This document shows, piece by piece, positions 1 through 11,402 of a DNA stretch of 64,000 bases. A program made the translations under genes and the position numbers. The first letter of the stretch is position 1; the number at the start of each line of letters is the position of its first letter. The notes below the pieces were generated by a model, which was not told the DNA's origin, ran no database searches, and was given only the letters and a program-made list of their open reading frames with translations. The DNA comes from Eledone cirrhosa (Eukaryota), in contig OZ024755.1 of the NCBI GenBank assembly GCA_964016885.1, positions 30,008,001 to 30,072,000 on the forward strand, read 5' to 3'.

Positions 1-424
1 TGATGGATGAATGATAAAAGGAATAATGCCAGAATTGTGATGTTGACTATGTTTATTTTACAATGTATTCTTTGATGGATGAATGATAAAAAGAATAATG
101 CCAGAATTGTGATGTTGACTATGTTTATTTTACAATGTATTCTTTGATGGATGAATGATACATAGAATAATGCCAGAATTGTGATGTTGACTATGTTTAT
201 TTTACAATGTATTCTTTGATGGATGAATGATAAAAAGTATAATGCCAGAATTGTGATGTTGACTATGTTTATTTTACAATGTATTCTTTGATGGATGAAT
301 GATAAAAAGTATAATGCCAGAATTGTGATGTTGACTATGTTTATTTTACAATGTATTCTTTGATGGATGAATGATAAAAAGAATAATGCCAGAATTGTGA
401 TGTTGACTATGTTTATTTTACAAT
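1..424. repeat. 72-bp tandem repeat (~6 units), start of duplicated block
   Basis: TGATGGATGAATGATA... recurs at 1, 73, 145, 217, 289 and 361; about 3 units recur at 25566-25783. Confidence 0.95.
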
Positions 425-1384
425 AACAATATTCGCTTGTTGGTACATTGAGCATCGAATAACAAACTTGTGGCAGCAATTATCACTACATTATTTGTTG
501 GCTAGCTACTTCGAGCTAGCGTGTATGCATGTATCAATACAACGACATAATAGACGTGAAATAACAGGAAGACGACAGATTAGGGAAAAACATAAGTAAA
601 CCTACTGCGTGTGTGTTTATGTTTGTCTACCCTGTCAGGAGAGAGAAGGGGTAAAAGGTCTGCTTGTGCCTACATCGTTATCTCTCACGGACTGCTTGTT
701 GCTTCGGGGTCTCTCTGTCTGTGGCCGAGAAGGTGAGAACCAGTGAGGCCAGGAGAGAGAGATAGAGTGAAAGGTTTGCTACATCATTAACTTTAACACG
801 GACTGCTTGCTTCGGTCTGGCTACTGGATTTCCCAAGTCCTTGTATTTATAATAACCCTATAGCTAGAAGGATGTGTATATGGGGTTGATTTATGGGCAG
901 CCATATGTGTTTCTTCTGTCTACAAGCTGGGGTCACAGGTCAAGTGGTATGTATGTTTATCATACTGTTTCTCGACAAGACAATCGTGGAAAACTCCCAA
1001 CAATAGGTGGTCCCAGAGGCGAGAAATCTCAGATGCGGTTTCGACTCTTCGCCGGTAAAACATAGGAGTATTCCGTTACAATTCTCACGGGATCGATAAA
1101 ATAAAGTATCAGTAATACACTGGGATAATTGCTGGCCTTGTGCCACAAGTAGAAACAATATTTTTACGAATGCTAATTAGGTTTCATTGCTATGTCACGA
1201 AAAAATTCTTGACATTGATTTATGTCTGCCAAACTGCCTTAAAAACATAAATATTTTATTGACCTTGGCTGTATGAATACCAATGTCACCTTCATCCGAA
1301 TTTGAATTCAGAATATAATTAGGTAGTCAAAGATGTCTACAAGTCGTGTTGGTTATAGATTTCATTATAAACACTTTCAGGGCA

Positions 1385-1813
1385 GCAGATTGGCGTCGGA
1401 CAACATTCTTCGCGGCATAGAGTTATGGGCTTTTACGTTCTGTGTTCAAGTCCCGCCGAGGTCAGCTTTGCCTTTCATCCTTACGGGGTCGATAAAATAA
1501 AGCACCAGTAATACACTGGAGTCAATTTAATCGACTTTTCCCTCCCCTTCAAACTATTGGCCTTGTGCCTAAAGTAGAAACAATTTTAAAAAGGGCGGTG
1601 GATTGGCAGTATCGGTAGAGAGTCGGACGCCATGCTTTGCAGCATAGAGTTACGACGCTTTATGATCTGAGTTCAAATGCCGCCGAAGTTAACTTTGCCT
1701 TTCATCCTTACGAGGTCGATAAAATAAAGTACCAGTCACGCACTGGGTTCGATTTAATTGACTTTCCCTTCCCCCCAAAATTGCTGGCCTTGTGCTTTTA
1801 TAAGAAACCATTA
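1385..1813 (+). mobile_element. Two tandem tRNA-derived SINE copies (family 1)
   Basis: A-box-like TGGCAGTATCGGTAG, B-box-like GAGTTCAAAT, conserved body TTTGCCTTTCATCCTTACGGGGTCGATAAAATAAAGTACCAGT, tail GGCCTTGTG...AGAAAC(A/C)ATT. Confidence 0.85.
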
Positions 1814-2944
1814 TAAACACTTTCTGTTCTTCTGATAGTATATAAATCAGATTTTATATTTAATTCACGGCTTATTTCCTTTGCTTTATTCATTTTTAAA
1901 TTTCTTACAATCACCTCAAATCTTTGATACTTCTTTATTTATAATCTACTCTACTTGAATGGTTATAGACTACGTGCCGAATTAGAAGCATTAGAGTGTC
2001 AGACGAAATGCTTTGTGGTAATCATTTCAAGCAGTAACTCCGGAAAGCACGTAACCCATTGTTTTATTTTATCCCCCATAGATTTCACTCACCAAAATTG
2101 TGTCACTCTAAACAAGCTCTCTTTAGTTAAGTCTATTTCTTTTATTTACTGTACACTTATTTGTATTGACTAAATGGCTTAAGTAATTATAATTATGTTT
2201 TATTTCGTCTGATATAAAGTTGATCTTTGGTTTGAGCTCAAATGTTATTCAATCTCTACAAATACGTATATGCTTAATCCCCACAAAGTTTTGACTTTTC
2301 GCCAATATTAGAAGTAAGTATTATTCTTATAGGTTAGTGGAGCTAATGAAGGATAATATATTTTCGGATATCTGGGCATCAACAAAGATCAGCTAACTAC
2401 GAGTTTATTCCAGGGGATGTGTTTATAGATAACAGACAGAAATCTCAGCTTGACAATGCTACCGGAAGATGGTAAGGGCTTATGGTTCGAGAGTAGCTCT
2501 ATAGGCATAGAAGTGCTCTCAACCAGGACTATTCGAGATGTACATAGAGTGATGAAACTGTTCCCCACGTCCATTTTCAATGTTCAATCATTGTTGACAT
2601 GTTGCCCAGTACTCCTCGCGACGCTGCTGTCTTTTGCTCTGGTGGTGACTTGGTTGTTCACCCCTTCCTTTATATTTTCTTTAATATTGCAACATTAAAG
2701 GAATATACCCTTCTGAAAGAACCGCGAGCAATTTATAATGTTATTTAAGCATTTGTAATGTTATTCATGTATATATTTAAATCATATTTGTTATGTTATC
2801 TCTACTGTAAATTTATTTATAGGCTTTGTATATATCATATGTGTTTATATTCTTAGTATTCCAATACTTATTTCAACAATTTTCTATTAAATATTTTATT
2901 CCAACGACACATCAGAGCATTTTCAAGCAATTCCCGTTGCTTAA

Positions 2945-3096
2945 TAATTATTTTAACTTTTGGCACAAGGCCAGCAATTATCCGAGAGTATCACTCGTAC
3001 TTTATTTTATCGACCCCGTAAGGATGAAAGGCAAAGTTAACCTCGGCGGGATTTGAACTCATACCACAAAGGGCCGTAACTCTTTGCTGTAAAGCA
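2945..3096 (-). mobile_element. SINE family 1, head removed by the duplication breakpoint
   Basis: Reverse complement of family 1 body; the paralog at 28450-28635 continues into the SINE head. Confidence 0.85.
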
Positions 3097-3184
3097 ATTG
3101 GTAAGTGTTATGTAATAATTATATTGTGGTGTTTAATTGTTGTTCTTTTACAAGATTTTAATATGTATGTTATTTTACTATTAG

Positions 3185-3262
3185 GTCCCAAGGAAGCCAA
3201 AATGTAACTGCAGCCCTTTCTCAGACCAGTGAATTATTAAAGGGTCTGACTAGCCTTTTAGG
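3185..3262 (+). CDS. Penultimate coding exon (78 nt, phase 2-2) of a gene with a low-complexity C-terminus
   Basis: TTTTACTATTAG acceptor, GG/GTGAGT donor; open frame SQGSQNVTAALSQTSELLKGLTSLLG; phase matches the next exon. Confidence 0.65.
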
Positions 3263-3643
3263 GTGAGTATTGTACATTATCTTTAACTACTTCGTGTAAA
3301 GTATGTTAAACTCATATCAAACTACCCTTGGTTCTGTTATAAAAAAAACTTCCATCATGATTTTGTTTCAAACACCAGCTTAACCCTTTTGTTACTATAT
3401 TTGTAAAATCATTTCAATTTTGGGCGAATATCTCTATAAAATAACCAATATTCAACTGGGGATATAACAGAATTGTGATCCTTATTGAACTTAACAAAAT
3501 AAATGTCCAGGGATTCGTTGTCACTTTGCAGGTAAATTTTAAAGTAAAATATTTAAAAGAATTAAATTAGTTTATACACAAATGAAATTGTATTTCTTTG
3601 ATATGTAAATGATTATTTCACATGTAATTTATTTGAATTTCAG

Positions 3644-3788
3644 TCAACAATTATTGAACCCCAGTCAAATGGGTGGTCAGTATGGTAACCAATCATGGGG
3701 TCATGTTGATCAGAGTAACAGCTATGGTTACCAGTCTGGTGGTAACAGAGGTTACAGAAATGACACTATGAATTATGGTAATTATTGA
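3644..3788 (+). CDS. Terminal coding exon, G/Q/N/Y/S-rich prion-like tail (RNA-binding-protein-like)
   Basis: TTTCAG acceptor; frame QQLLNPSQMGGQYGNQSWGHVDQSNSYGYQSGGNRGYRNDTMNYGNY-TGA; AT-rich 3' UTR-like sequence with ATTAAA hexamers follows. Confidence 0.7.
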
Positions 3789-4449
3789 TTCCAATTAGAT
3801 ATTTTATATGGCATTGTAATTAGGGAAACTCCCAGGCATAAGTTCCTAGACTGGGTAGCATGTTGTTATTGACAGCTAAACCTAGCTTGTTGGTCTCTTT
3901 GAGCAAGGCAGCTGGAAACATTTGAGTTGTGATGTTATCAAGCTATAACAATTTGGAGTGACAAGATTGTCTTGTATAGAGTTAGAAGGTTGGCGTTGAT
4001 TCTTTTCTTTCTTTTTTTGCATTTTTTGTTAATTAGGTTCACTTAATGCTTGTGTAACATTTCTAAAAGCCAGTTGATATTTTAGTTAGAACAGTTCTAC
4101 TAAATCTAAACAAAATTGTGTTGAACAATGGAACGTGATGTAGTTTAGTTTGAAATGTATTTACAGGGCTACATATTAAACACGATTCCTGCTTTAATAT
4201 AACGTATTGAAATTTAAATTTTCTTTTTCAGAATATTTTTGTGACATTAAAGGAATTGGCCATTATTCAAATGGCATTAGAATAGATCTGCTAACTAGAT
4301 AGTGTCTTTATTAATATTGTGAGTTGTGTAACGTTGGTCAGTTACAATGTCCCTCTCCCTCAGTATTGACTGATATCATGGTCTGAGACCAGGCAGGTTG
4401 GAGCAACCACACCTTCATTTTCCTGGTAGTGTTTGTTGTGACACTACCA

Positions 4450-4920
4450 CTTTACAGGTATACTGGGTGCGCCAGCACTAAAGTCTTTCCAAACCCTGTA
4501 TCGTCTCCATCCAATTACCTTATTTGTAGTGGTGAACAAGTCATGATGCTATATCACCAGTCAGCTCTGTCTTGTCTCATCTCTTGGGTGATGTTTAGTT
4601 TCCTTTGTTCCATCACTTCCTCTACCATAGGTTCCATCCATATTACATACAGCTCCTGCTCCCCTAACACATCATATGACCATACCAGTACATTCATCTC
4701 TTGCATGCTACCCAATGCATCGTATATTCAACTTTTCTCACAGTTCATTGTGTTCCATCATTCATGAACGCCAACATTATCCAGTAAAGCATGCCTCATG
4801 TAACCTGGCTTTCACCCTGAGAGCAGCCCCTTGTTGCCACAGAAGAGGTAACAACTCGCCGGACTTGTTACTCCCCATTCTTCTATCACTATTTTCGTAG
4901 GTGACCACCAAATTGGGGAT
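4450..4920 (-). mobile_element. Highly decayed RTE-clade LINE 3' fragment
   Basis: ORF 4777..4989 segment ELLPLLWQQGAALRVKARLHEAC aligns by eye with RELLPLLAAKGFSLKMKGRLYDAC of the RTE at 13176; WYGH motif downstream on minus strand. Confidence 0.6.
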
Positions 4921-5699
4921 TTTGTACTTCTGTTTAATTATAGAAATACCATCACTTATGCTTTTCCACGTCATAAAACTAAACTGCATCTCAATTAAAT
5001 TTTGATAGGGTTAGTTACTCTTTCTGTGATGTTGATAACTTAATCCATCTGCCCTTGTAGCTGTTGACAATGATACTACTAGTTCATTGTATGTGACACC
5101 TTGCACTACCTGCTTTATTATAACCTACTCCACCTGTCAGATGAATTATCTGTCATCAAAATAATTATTGAGGTGATATATAACAAGTCACTTTTATTAG
5201 GAACAATTCTCTTGCAAATTGGTGACTTTTTTAATTTGAATCCTGTCGCAGTCAACTTTTCATTGTTTCAGTGTAGTAGTTGATGGAATTGTTAGACAAT
5301 GTGTGTGTATGTATGTGAGGTAAGCAGTGACAATATTACCAGGATTGGCTTGCAACCAGTGGATAAACTAATGGAAACAGTTTCTTTGAGTTGATGTGTC
5401 AGTCGACATTTTCCATTGTCTCTGTCCTGAAACCACTTGAAGGAAAATAATTATTAGAATTACCAACTAGTTATTAGTGATTGTCTTGTTCGTGTCCCTC
5501 CAAGACTGGCTTTTAATATTTCTCTTACTATTTAATGTTCTCCAACTCCACTGCTCTTATATAACAGATAACAAACGAAGGAGACAGAACAGGACTAGGT
5601 GGTAAAGAAAGTACACTCGGTGAGTTGAACAAAGTTTGTAAACTAATAAGGATTACCTTTACCTTTTGGTCTACATCTTACTAGAGATGACATACCACT

Positions 5700-5785
5700 C
5701 CAGCCTAGTGGCTAGGCTGTGGGATTAATTCCTGGACTGGGTAGGGCATAGTGTTCTTGAGCAAGTCACTTCATTTCACATTGGG
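5700..5785 (+). mobile_element. Degenerate CORE-like SINE fragment (family 2 related)
   Basis: GTGTTCTTGAGCAAGTCACTTCATTTCAC resembles the CORE-like segment of family 2. Confidence 0.45.
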
Positions 5786-6119
5786 GCTCCTATCATTAAA
5801 ACACCCAAGAAACCTGAGATACCTCATAGAAGGCCAGCTAAACTTGCATGGGTGTGGCCTGTATTTTGTTCACCCAAAACTCTGGTTCTCTCAGACAAAA
5901 CTATCCATTTTAAACGGCTCCTATTATTATAACCTTTTGTTTTTTACAAATGCTACCTTTATAATACAATACCTTTAGTAAATTCCTCTAGATTCTCTCT
6001 GTCTTTTATTAGGAGTACGGTCATAGGTTAAACTTTAGGACCTGTTTCTCTCTTCAGTATATATTAATGTTACATTAGCATTTCTGTCCCACACTTGCAA
6101 GCACTGATAAGCGGACTTA

Positions 6120-6907
6120 AAATGATGTCCTCATCTTCCCACCGGCCATCCACTCCACCATCAGGTCTAGGCTCCAGCAGCTCACGAGCAGACTGGGCAT
6201 GATTGAGGCCCATCCATCTTCCTGTTGAGGAACTGCTTTACCATGCTGAAGCTCCTCTACACACTTCGTAGTGCTCCTTGCTATATTTACGCATCTCTCC
6301 TTGCTGACCTTGACACTTGTATCTGAGTGGCAGCTGAGGAGATATCCAACATCAAGTTTTACAACCTTGGATAGCAACACCCCATCTTACAAATGTCGCT
6401 TTCCATTACTACAGTGCCGGTCGCCTGCCACGCCATGCTGCTCTCAACGAGGTCATCAAGCATCGCTTGGATGCTGCAGGCTTTCCCTCCAATCTTGAGC
6501 TTGTAAAAGGCCATACGCCATCCCCATCTTCCTGTTCTTTGGTGGTAAACCTCTTGTCTGGGATGCCACATGCAGTGACACAATCTCCAATGGCAACCTG
6601 GTGCAGTCTGCGACTAACCCAGGCTCTGCTGCATTTCAAGCTGAGGAGGGTAAACTCTCCAAATATCGGTCACTCTCCGACAGGTTTGCAGTTGAGCACT
6701 TGCTAGCCGCATGTGTGAGCCTCCCGAGATGGAATGGCTCTTCCAGCGCATCTCCCTTACCATCCTCCAGGGAAACTCCTTCTCTATTCTGTCCACGGGA
6801 GGGCTAGCACGTGGGACCCCGTTTGCTCATAATAGTGAGAGATGGGGAAGGCGATGACAGTGGGTGTTTGGTTCCTCTGTGTTTGCACCTGGTGTACATG
6901 TGTGTGT
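6120..6907 (+). mobile_element. CRE-clade (restriction-like endonuclease) non-LTR retrotransposon 3' fragment
   Basis: Translates AGRLPRHAALNEVIKHRLDAAGFPSNLE and LVWDATCSDT...AEEGKLSKYRSLSDRFAVE, the RLE C-terminal motifs; homologous to 33630-34570; ends in (TG)n. Confidence 0.75.
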
Positions 6908-6966
6908 AATTTAACACTTATTTTCGGTTTTTATAGGTGTGGATACGTTCATTTTGAAAAATTCTA

Positions 6967-7122
6967 TGCACATGCGTACTGACGTTTAATTTTGTGCGCA
7001 TGCGCAATTGCTGTAAATATTTCAGAAAAAAAATGGCTGCTTAAATATTAGATGTATTTTCCAACCTGTAGAAAAAATAAACGTTAAAAACTTGGATTTT
7101 TACCATTTTTACGAAGGTAAAG
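6967..7122 (+). promoter_or_regulatory. Promoter-like cluster: NRF1 palindrome, YY1-like motif, splice donor
   Basis: TGCGCATGCGCA at 6995-7006, degenerate TGCACATGCGTA at 6967, AAAATGGCTGC at ~7030, AG/GTAAAG at 7117. Confidence 0.35.
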
Positions 7123-7935
7123 TAAATCTTTATTGTATATTGAAGCCTTTTATTGAAATATTGTATATTTATTTCCCTCCATAATGTCACCAATAACTAA
7201 TTAAACGATAGTTTTGTTTAGCTATTGCTAACCCTCCTCACGTATATACAGGGCGACCACAAAAACACTCCTCGATTTCAAATACTTATCATATGAAAAC
7301 TTAAATGAATATTCTTAAAATATTGGTAGCTACAGTTGCATAAACTAACAAAGTTTCATGTGGTGTTGGTTGATATCACATGTGGTAGTGGTTGATATCG
7401 CAGACACTCGATGTCTGCCTCTTTTGTTGGTCGGCAAAAATCAATGCAATAATTGTTTCTACTCTTGGCACAAGGACAGCAATTATCTCTTTATTTTATC
7501 GACTCCGTAGGGATGAAAGGCAAAGCTAACTCCGGACTCTTTGCAGTGAGTGTTTTTGTGATTACCCTGCATATATATACATATATATACGTGATGTCCC
7601 AGAAAAATGTATACATACTTCATTACCTGTACAGGCAATATTTATTATAATGCACAGCATTTCCCCAAAATATAATGATCTACAGACGTAATTCAATTGT
7701 ATGTCTTTCTCTGATCGATCAACAAGAGCCCGGACCTCATTCGCTTGTCGAGTGGGGTGGAGCTCGTCAAATTGGACCGAGGAAACAATGTTTCCATTGG
7801 TCTTTCTATTGCTGATATTATCTACCGATCGCAACTCCTGTATATATTATAGTACAGTTTATATATACATTATAATAGTGTATATATATATACATACATT
7901 ATAGTAGAGTGTATATATACATTATAACACAGTAG

Positions 7936-7989
<54 letters not shown>

Positions 7990-7993
<4 letters not shown>

Positions 7994-8545
7994 TTCACAC
8001 TTTTGTTGAGAGGTTTCAGGTCTCTGTCGATTATCTGGCGCCAGACTATCTTGTGAGGTCCTCTTCGTTTCTTTCCATGGGGGTGGGTACCAATACAGGA
8101 CCTGATTAACATGTCTTTCACTTGGAAGTCATGTGAGATAAATTGACGGACAGGCAGGCCTACAGATAGATTAGACTTAGAAACTCCCTCATCTTGAGAC
8201 ACATGAGGCAATCAAAGTGCTCCAGCGACCACCATGGTCAATTACATCTATCAATACATCGTTCCAACTTCTGTTTTGTTGACTGGTTTCAGGTCTCTGT
8301 TGATTATCTGTTGCCAGTTCATCTTGGGACATCCTCTTCGTTTCTTTCCATATGAAGGGGTATCAATACAGAAGCTTTGGTTCGTCCTCTTCGTCTCTTT
8401 TCACAGGAGTGGGTGTCAATACAGGACCTGATGAATCGCATTTGGGGGAGTCGTGTGAGATAGACAGGCAGACAGACAAATAGATATAGTTTCTTATTTA
8501 GACACTTCATCTACAATCTTGGGAGGCGGGGTACCAATACAGATT
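7990..8545 (-). mobile_element. Locally reiterated RTE-like LINE 3' fragments
   Basis: ORF 7936..8211 contains PHGKKRRGPHKIVWRQIIDRDLK (RGRP..W..D motif); motif CCTCTTCGT..C..CCA..GG..GG.T.CCAATACAG recurs about 4 times and again at ~9310. Confidence 0.55.
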
Positions 8546-10298
8546 TACACGGAACAGACCATTTGGGTCTCTCTCTCTCCTTCTCTCTGCTTAACTTTTA
8601 AACATGCTTTCCAACCTGTAGAAAAAATAAACATTAAAATCTTGGATTTTTACCATTTTTACGAAGGTAAAGTATATCTTTATTTTATTCCAACTAACTT
8701 TGTATTTTTATTTCCCTTTTGATTATCATGTCTCTCGTTTGGGAGTCGTGTGAGACAGATTAGACTTAAAACTCCCACGTGGTGAGACATAATTAAACGA
8801 TAGTTTTGTTTAGCTATTGCAACCCTTCTCCCGTGTTAATGTATTTCTAATATAATACAACACCTCCCTACATATTTCAGTATATATATATATATATATA
8901 TAATAGAAAAAAACGAGCAAGTTTCGTTTACATATGAAAAATATTTATTACATATCGACCTGGTACGCGCGTTTCACAGATGATTGGCTGAAGGTGACCC
9001 ATAGGAGTTATGGACCCGACTCCAGTATCGATCTGCTCTTCAGATTGGTGATATTACAAAAGATATATATACACTTTATTTCACGCTGCTCCTTGTCTAA
9101 ATTTGCGACAGATAGTATTCGCAATTGAAAAGAGCAACGGAAACATTGTTTCCTCGGTTCGATTTGACGAGCTCTACCCCACTCGTTAAACGAATGAAGT
9201 ATTGGATCTTGTCTATATATATATGCATGTGTTTGTGATGCACACAATTTAATGAAATAAAGTTTAACATAGATTCTTTTTGTCTGGCCCTAGTTCATCT
9301 TGGGACATGACATCCTCTTCGTCTCTTCCCATAGGAGGGGATACCAATACAGATTTAAAAAGTACAGACCCTTTGGGTCCTACTCTCTCTTTCGACCGAA
9401 GTTCTTTACATCAACAGAAATATAGTAAATACAACTTTAATAATACTTTTAGAAAGACATCTTAACAAAAAACGTCACACGATTCATCGATGTTCATTTC
9501 TTTCTTCATCGTGTATTTTCATATAACTTCGGTGTAAATTATATTTAATAAATTAGTAACATACCGGCTTTGTGATATCGTCATTTGTTTTATATATTTC
9601 ATTTCCTGTGTGATCAAGGAACCAACATATCATCATGATAATGAACACACATTTCATTTATTTTTGACACTTTCAAAAACATACATTTCATCTTAATGAA
9701 CACTGTTATTTACTTACACCCCCGCAATCTCTGGTCACACTGTATATATATATATTTCATTTCCTACGTGATCATCATCATCATCATCATCTTAATTAAC
9801 ACTAATACTTACTTGCACACACGTAATCTCTGGCCACACTATATCAGGCACATCGAATTTCTCTAGCCTACACTCCCACAATAGTGACAACAACACTCAG
9901 CAATCTACAAGTGAGCACACACACAATAAATGAATCAACGCCACAACACAACCTACCATTCGATTCGCTATATCAATAAAAATAATCCGAGGTCATATTC
10001 ATTTGGTTTTTGTTTATGAAAATCCGTAACTTCACAACCGACAGATCATTATGTGGTCCTCACACCGTTGTTTAATTGGCAACGTAAGTATTTAAATATA
10101 TATCTTTATATTTATGTACATAATATAAGACAAAGAGAATTTGATGAAGTTTAAAATTTTTTTTATTGACAACGTATGTAAATGATTTTCATAGTTTTTC
10201 TTATTTCATTTTTCTTACAGATGTCCGGCCTTCTCGGTCAACCTGCTCTGTTGTTTGCCGTAGCCACTGAGGGAAAGATTTTACAAGTCGAAGTTTCC

Positions 10299-10633
10299 TG
10301 AATAGTGATGAAGTGTCTGTTAATAAAAAAAATGTTTACATATTATTTACAAATTGTATGAAAAAAGATTTTGTTAATAAAAGAATCTTTGCACATTATT
10401 TACGAGTTGTGATTATTTACGAGAAAAAATATAAAAAATTCTACATATTGTATACGAGTTGGGTTGTTACTTTGACAATGAAAAAAATTAGCCTAATAAA
10501 TGGCTTCTAATTACTTCTCTTTGTAAAAAGTAAGGGAAGTAACTATTCAATATTTTTTTTTAAATTTCAATCACAGAGGGGGCCCCCCGTTAATTTTTTT
10601 TTTTATTTCTCCACTTTAGAGGCATCAGTTCCT
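10299..10633 (+). repeat. ~335-bp dispersed repeat (second copy 16268-16583)
   Basis: AGTGATGAAGTGTCTGTTAATAAAAAAAATGTTTAC...CTCCACTTTAG..CATCAGTTCCT shared by both copies. Confidence 0.85.
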
Positions 10634-11123
10634 CACTCCATGCCTTTAACCATGCATGAGTATCTGATGCCTCTAAAGTGGAGAAATAAAAAAAAAACAA
10701 AATGGCGTCCCGTTTCATATAGGTTTTTTTTTCGACATTTTCAAAGACATTTTTAGTTTCTTTATTTTGAAACTTCATACACTTACGTTCTTTTTTGTAC
10801 GTCTTACTCAGTTTCTTGTGGACTTGATTTCTTTATTCATTTTTGTTAAAGTAAAATTAACACAATTCGTATATAATATGTAAACTTTCTTTATTCATTT
10901 TTGTCAAAATAAAATAAAATGAAAACTTTCTTGATTAACAGAAACTACGCCATTCCCACTTGATACGGCAGACAGCACAGGATATGAACTTGAAGTCTGG
11001 ACATCTGTAAAAAGAAATGAACATACGTTATCAATAAAAAGAATATTAAACTTGATAAAATTCATCCAATTTTGTCTTTTATTATATATACATTCTTAGT
11101 TTCCTCTATTTAAATGTATATAT

Positions 11124-11330
11124 AATAGTTTCTACTTTTGGCACAAGGCCAGCAATTATCCAATACATTATTTTATCGACCCCGTAAGGATGAAAGGCAA
11201 AGTTAATCTCGACGGGATTTGAACTGAGATCGAGGTTAACTTTGCCTTTCACCCTTACGGGGTCGATAAAATAAAGTACCAGTAATCTACTGGGTAATTT
11301 GCTGGCCTTGTGCCAAATGTAGAAACAATT
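11124..11330. mobile_element. Inverted pair of SINE family 1 fragments
   Basis: Minus-strand copy 11124-11230 joined directly to plus-strand copy 11231-11330. Confidence 0.75.
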
Positions 11331-11402
11331 ATATATACATTTAATTAGAGGAAACTAAGAATGTAAATGAAGAAACTAAGAATGTAAATGGTTCTATGTT
11401 AC

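Larger units (their letters stand above)
1..3096 (+). repeat. Segmental duplication copy A (paralog at 25566-28601)
   Basis: Near-identical sequence; ORF translations match (874..1065 = 26428..26619, 2450..2698 ~ 27955..28203); similarity stops after CTGTAAAGCA at 3096. Confidence 0.95.

Noticed and set aside
874-1065. 63-aa ORF identical to 26428..26619, suggesting conservation
   Set aside because: Identity is explained by the recent segmental duplication; non-ATG start and no recognisable motif
1592-1690. tRNA genes at A/B-box motifs
   Set aside because: These are heads of multi-copy SINEs with TSDs; no complete cloverleaf
2332-2470. Exon-like segment with AG and GTAAGG boundaries upstream of the prion-like exons
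   Set aside because: Stop codons in the frames checked by eye; cannot be joined as a coding exon
9930-10270. Spliced ORF with one in-frame TGA (10017) as a possible selenoprotein
   Set aside because: No recognisable selenoprotein motif or SECIS seen; the inverted paralog has frame-breaking indels
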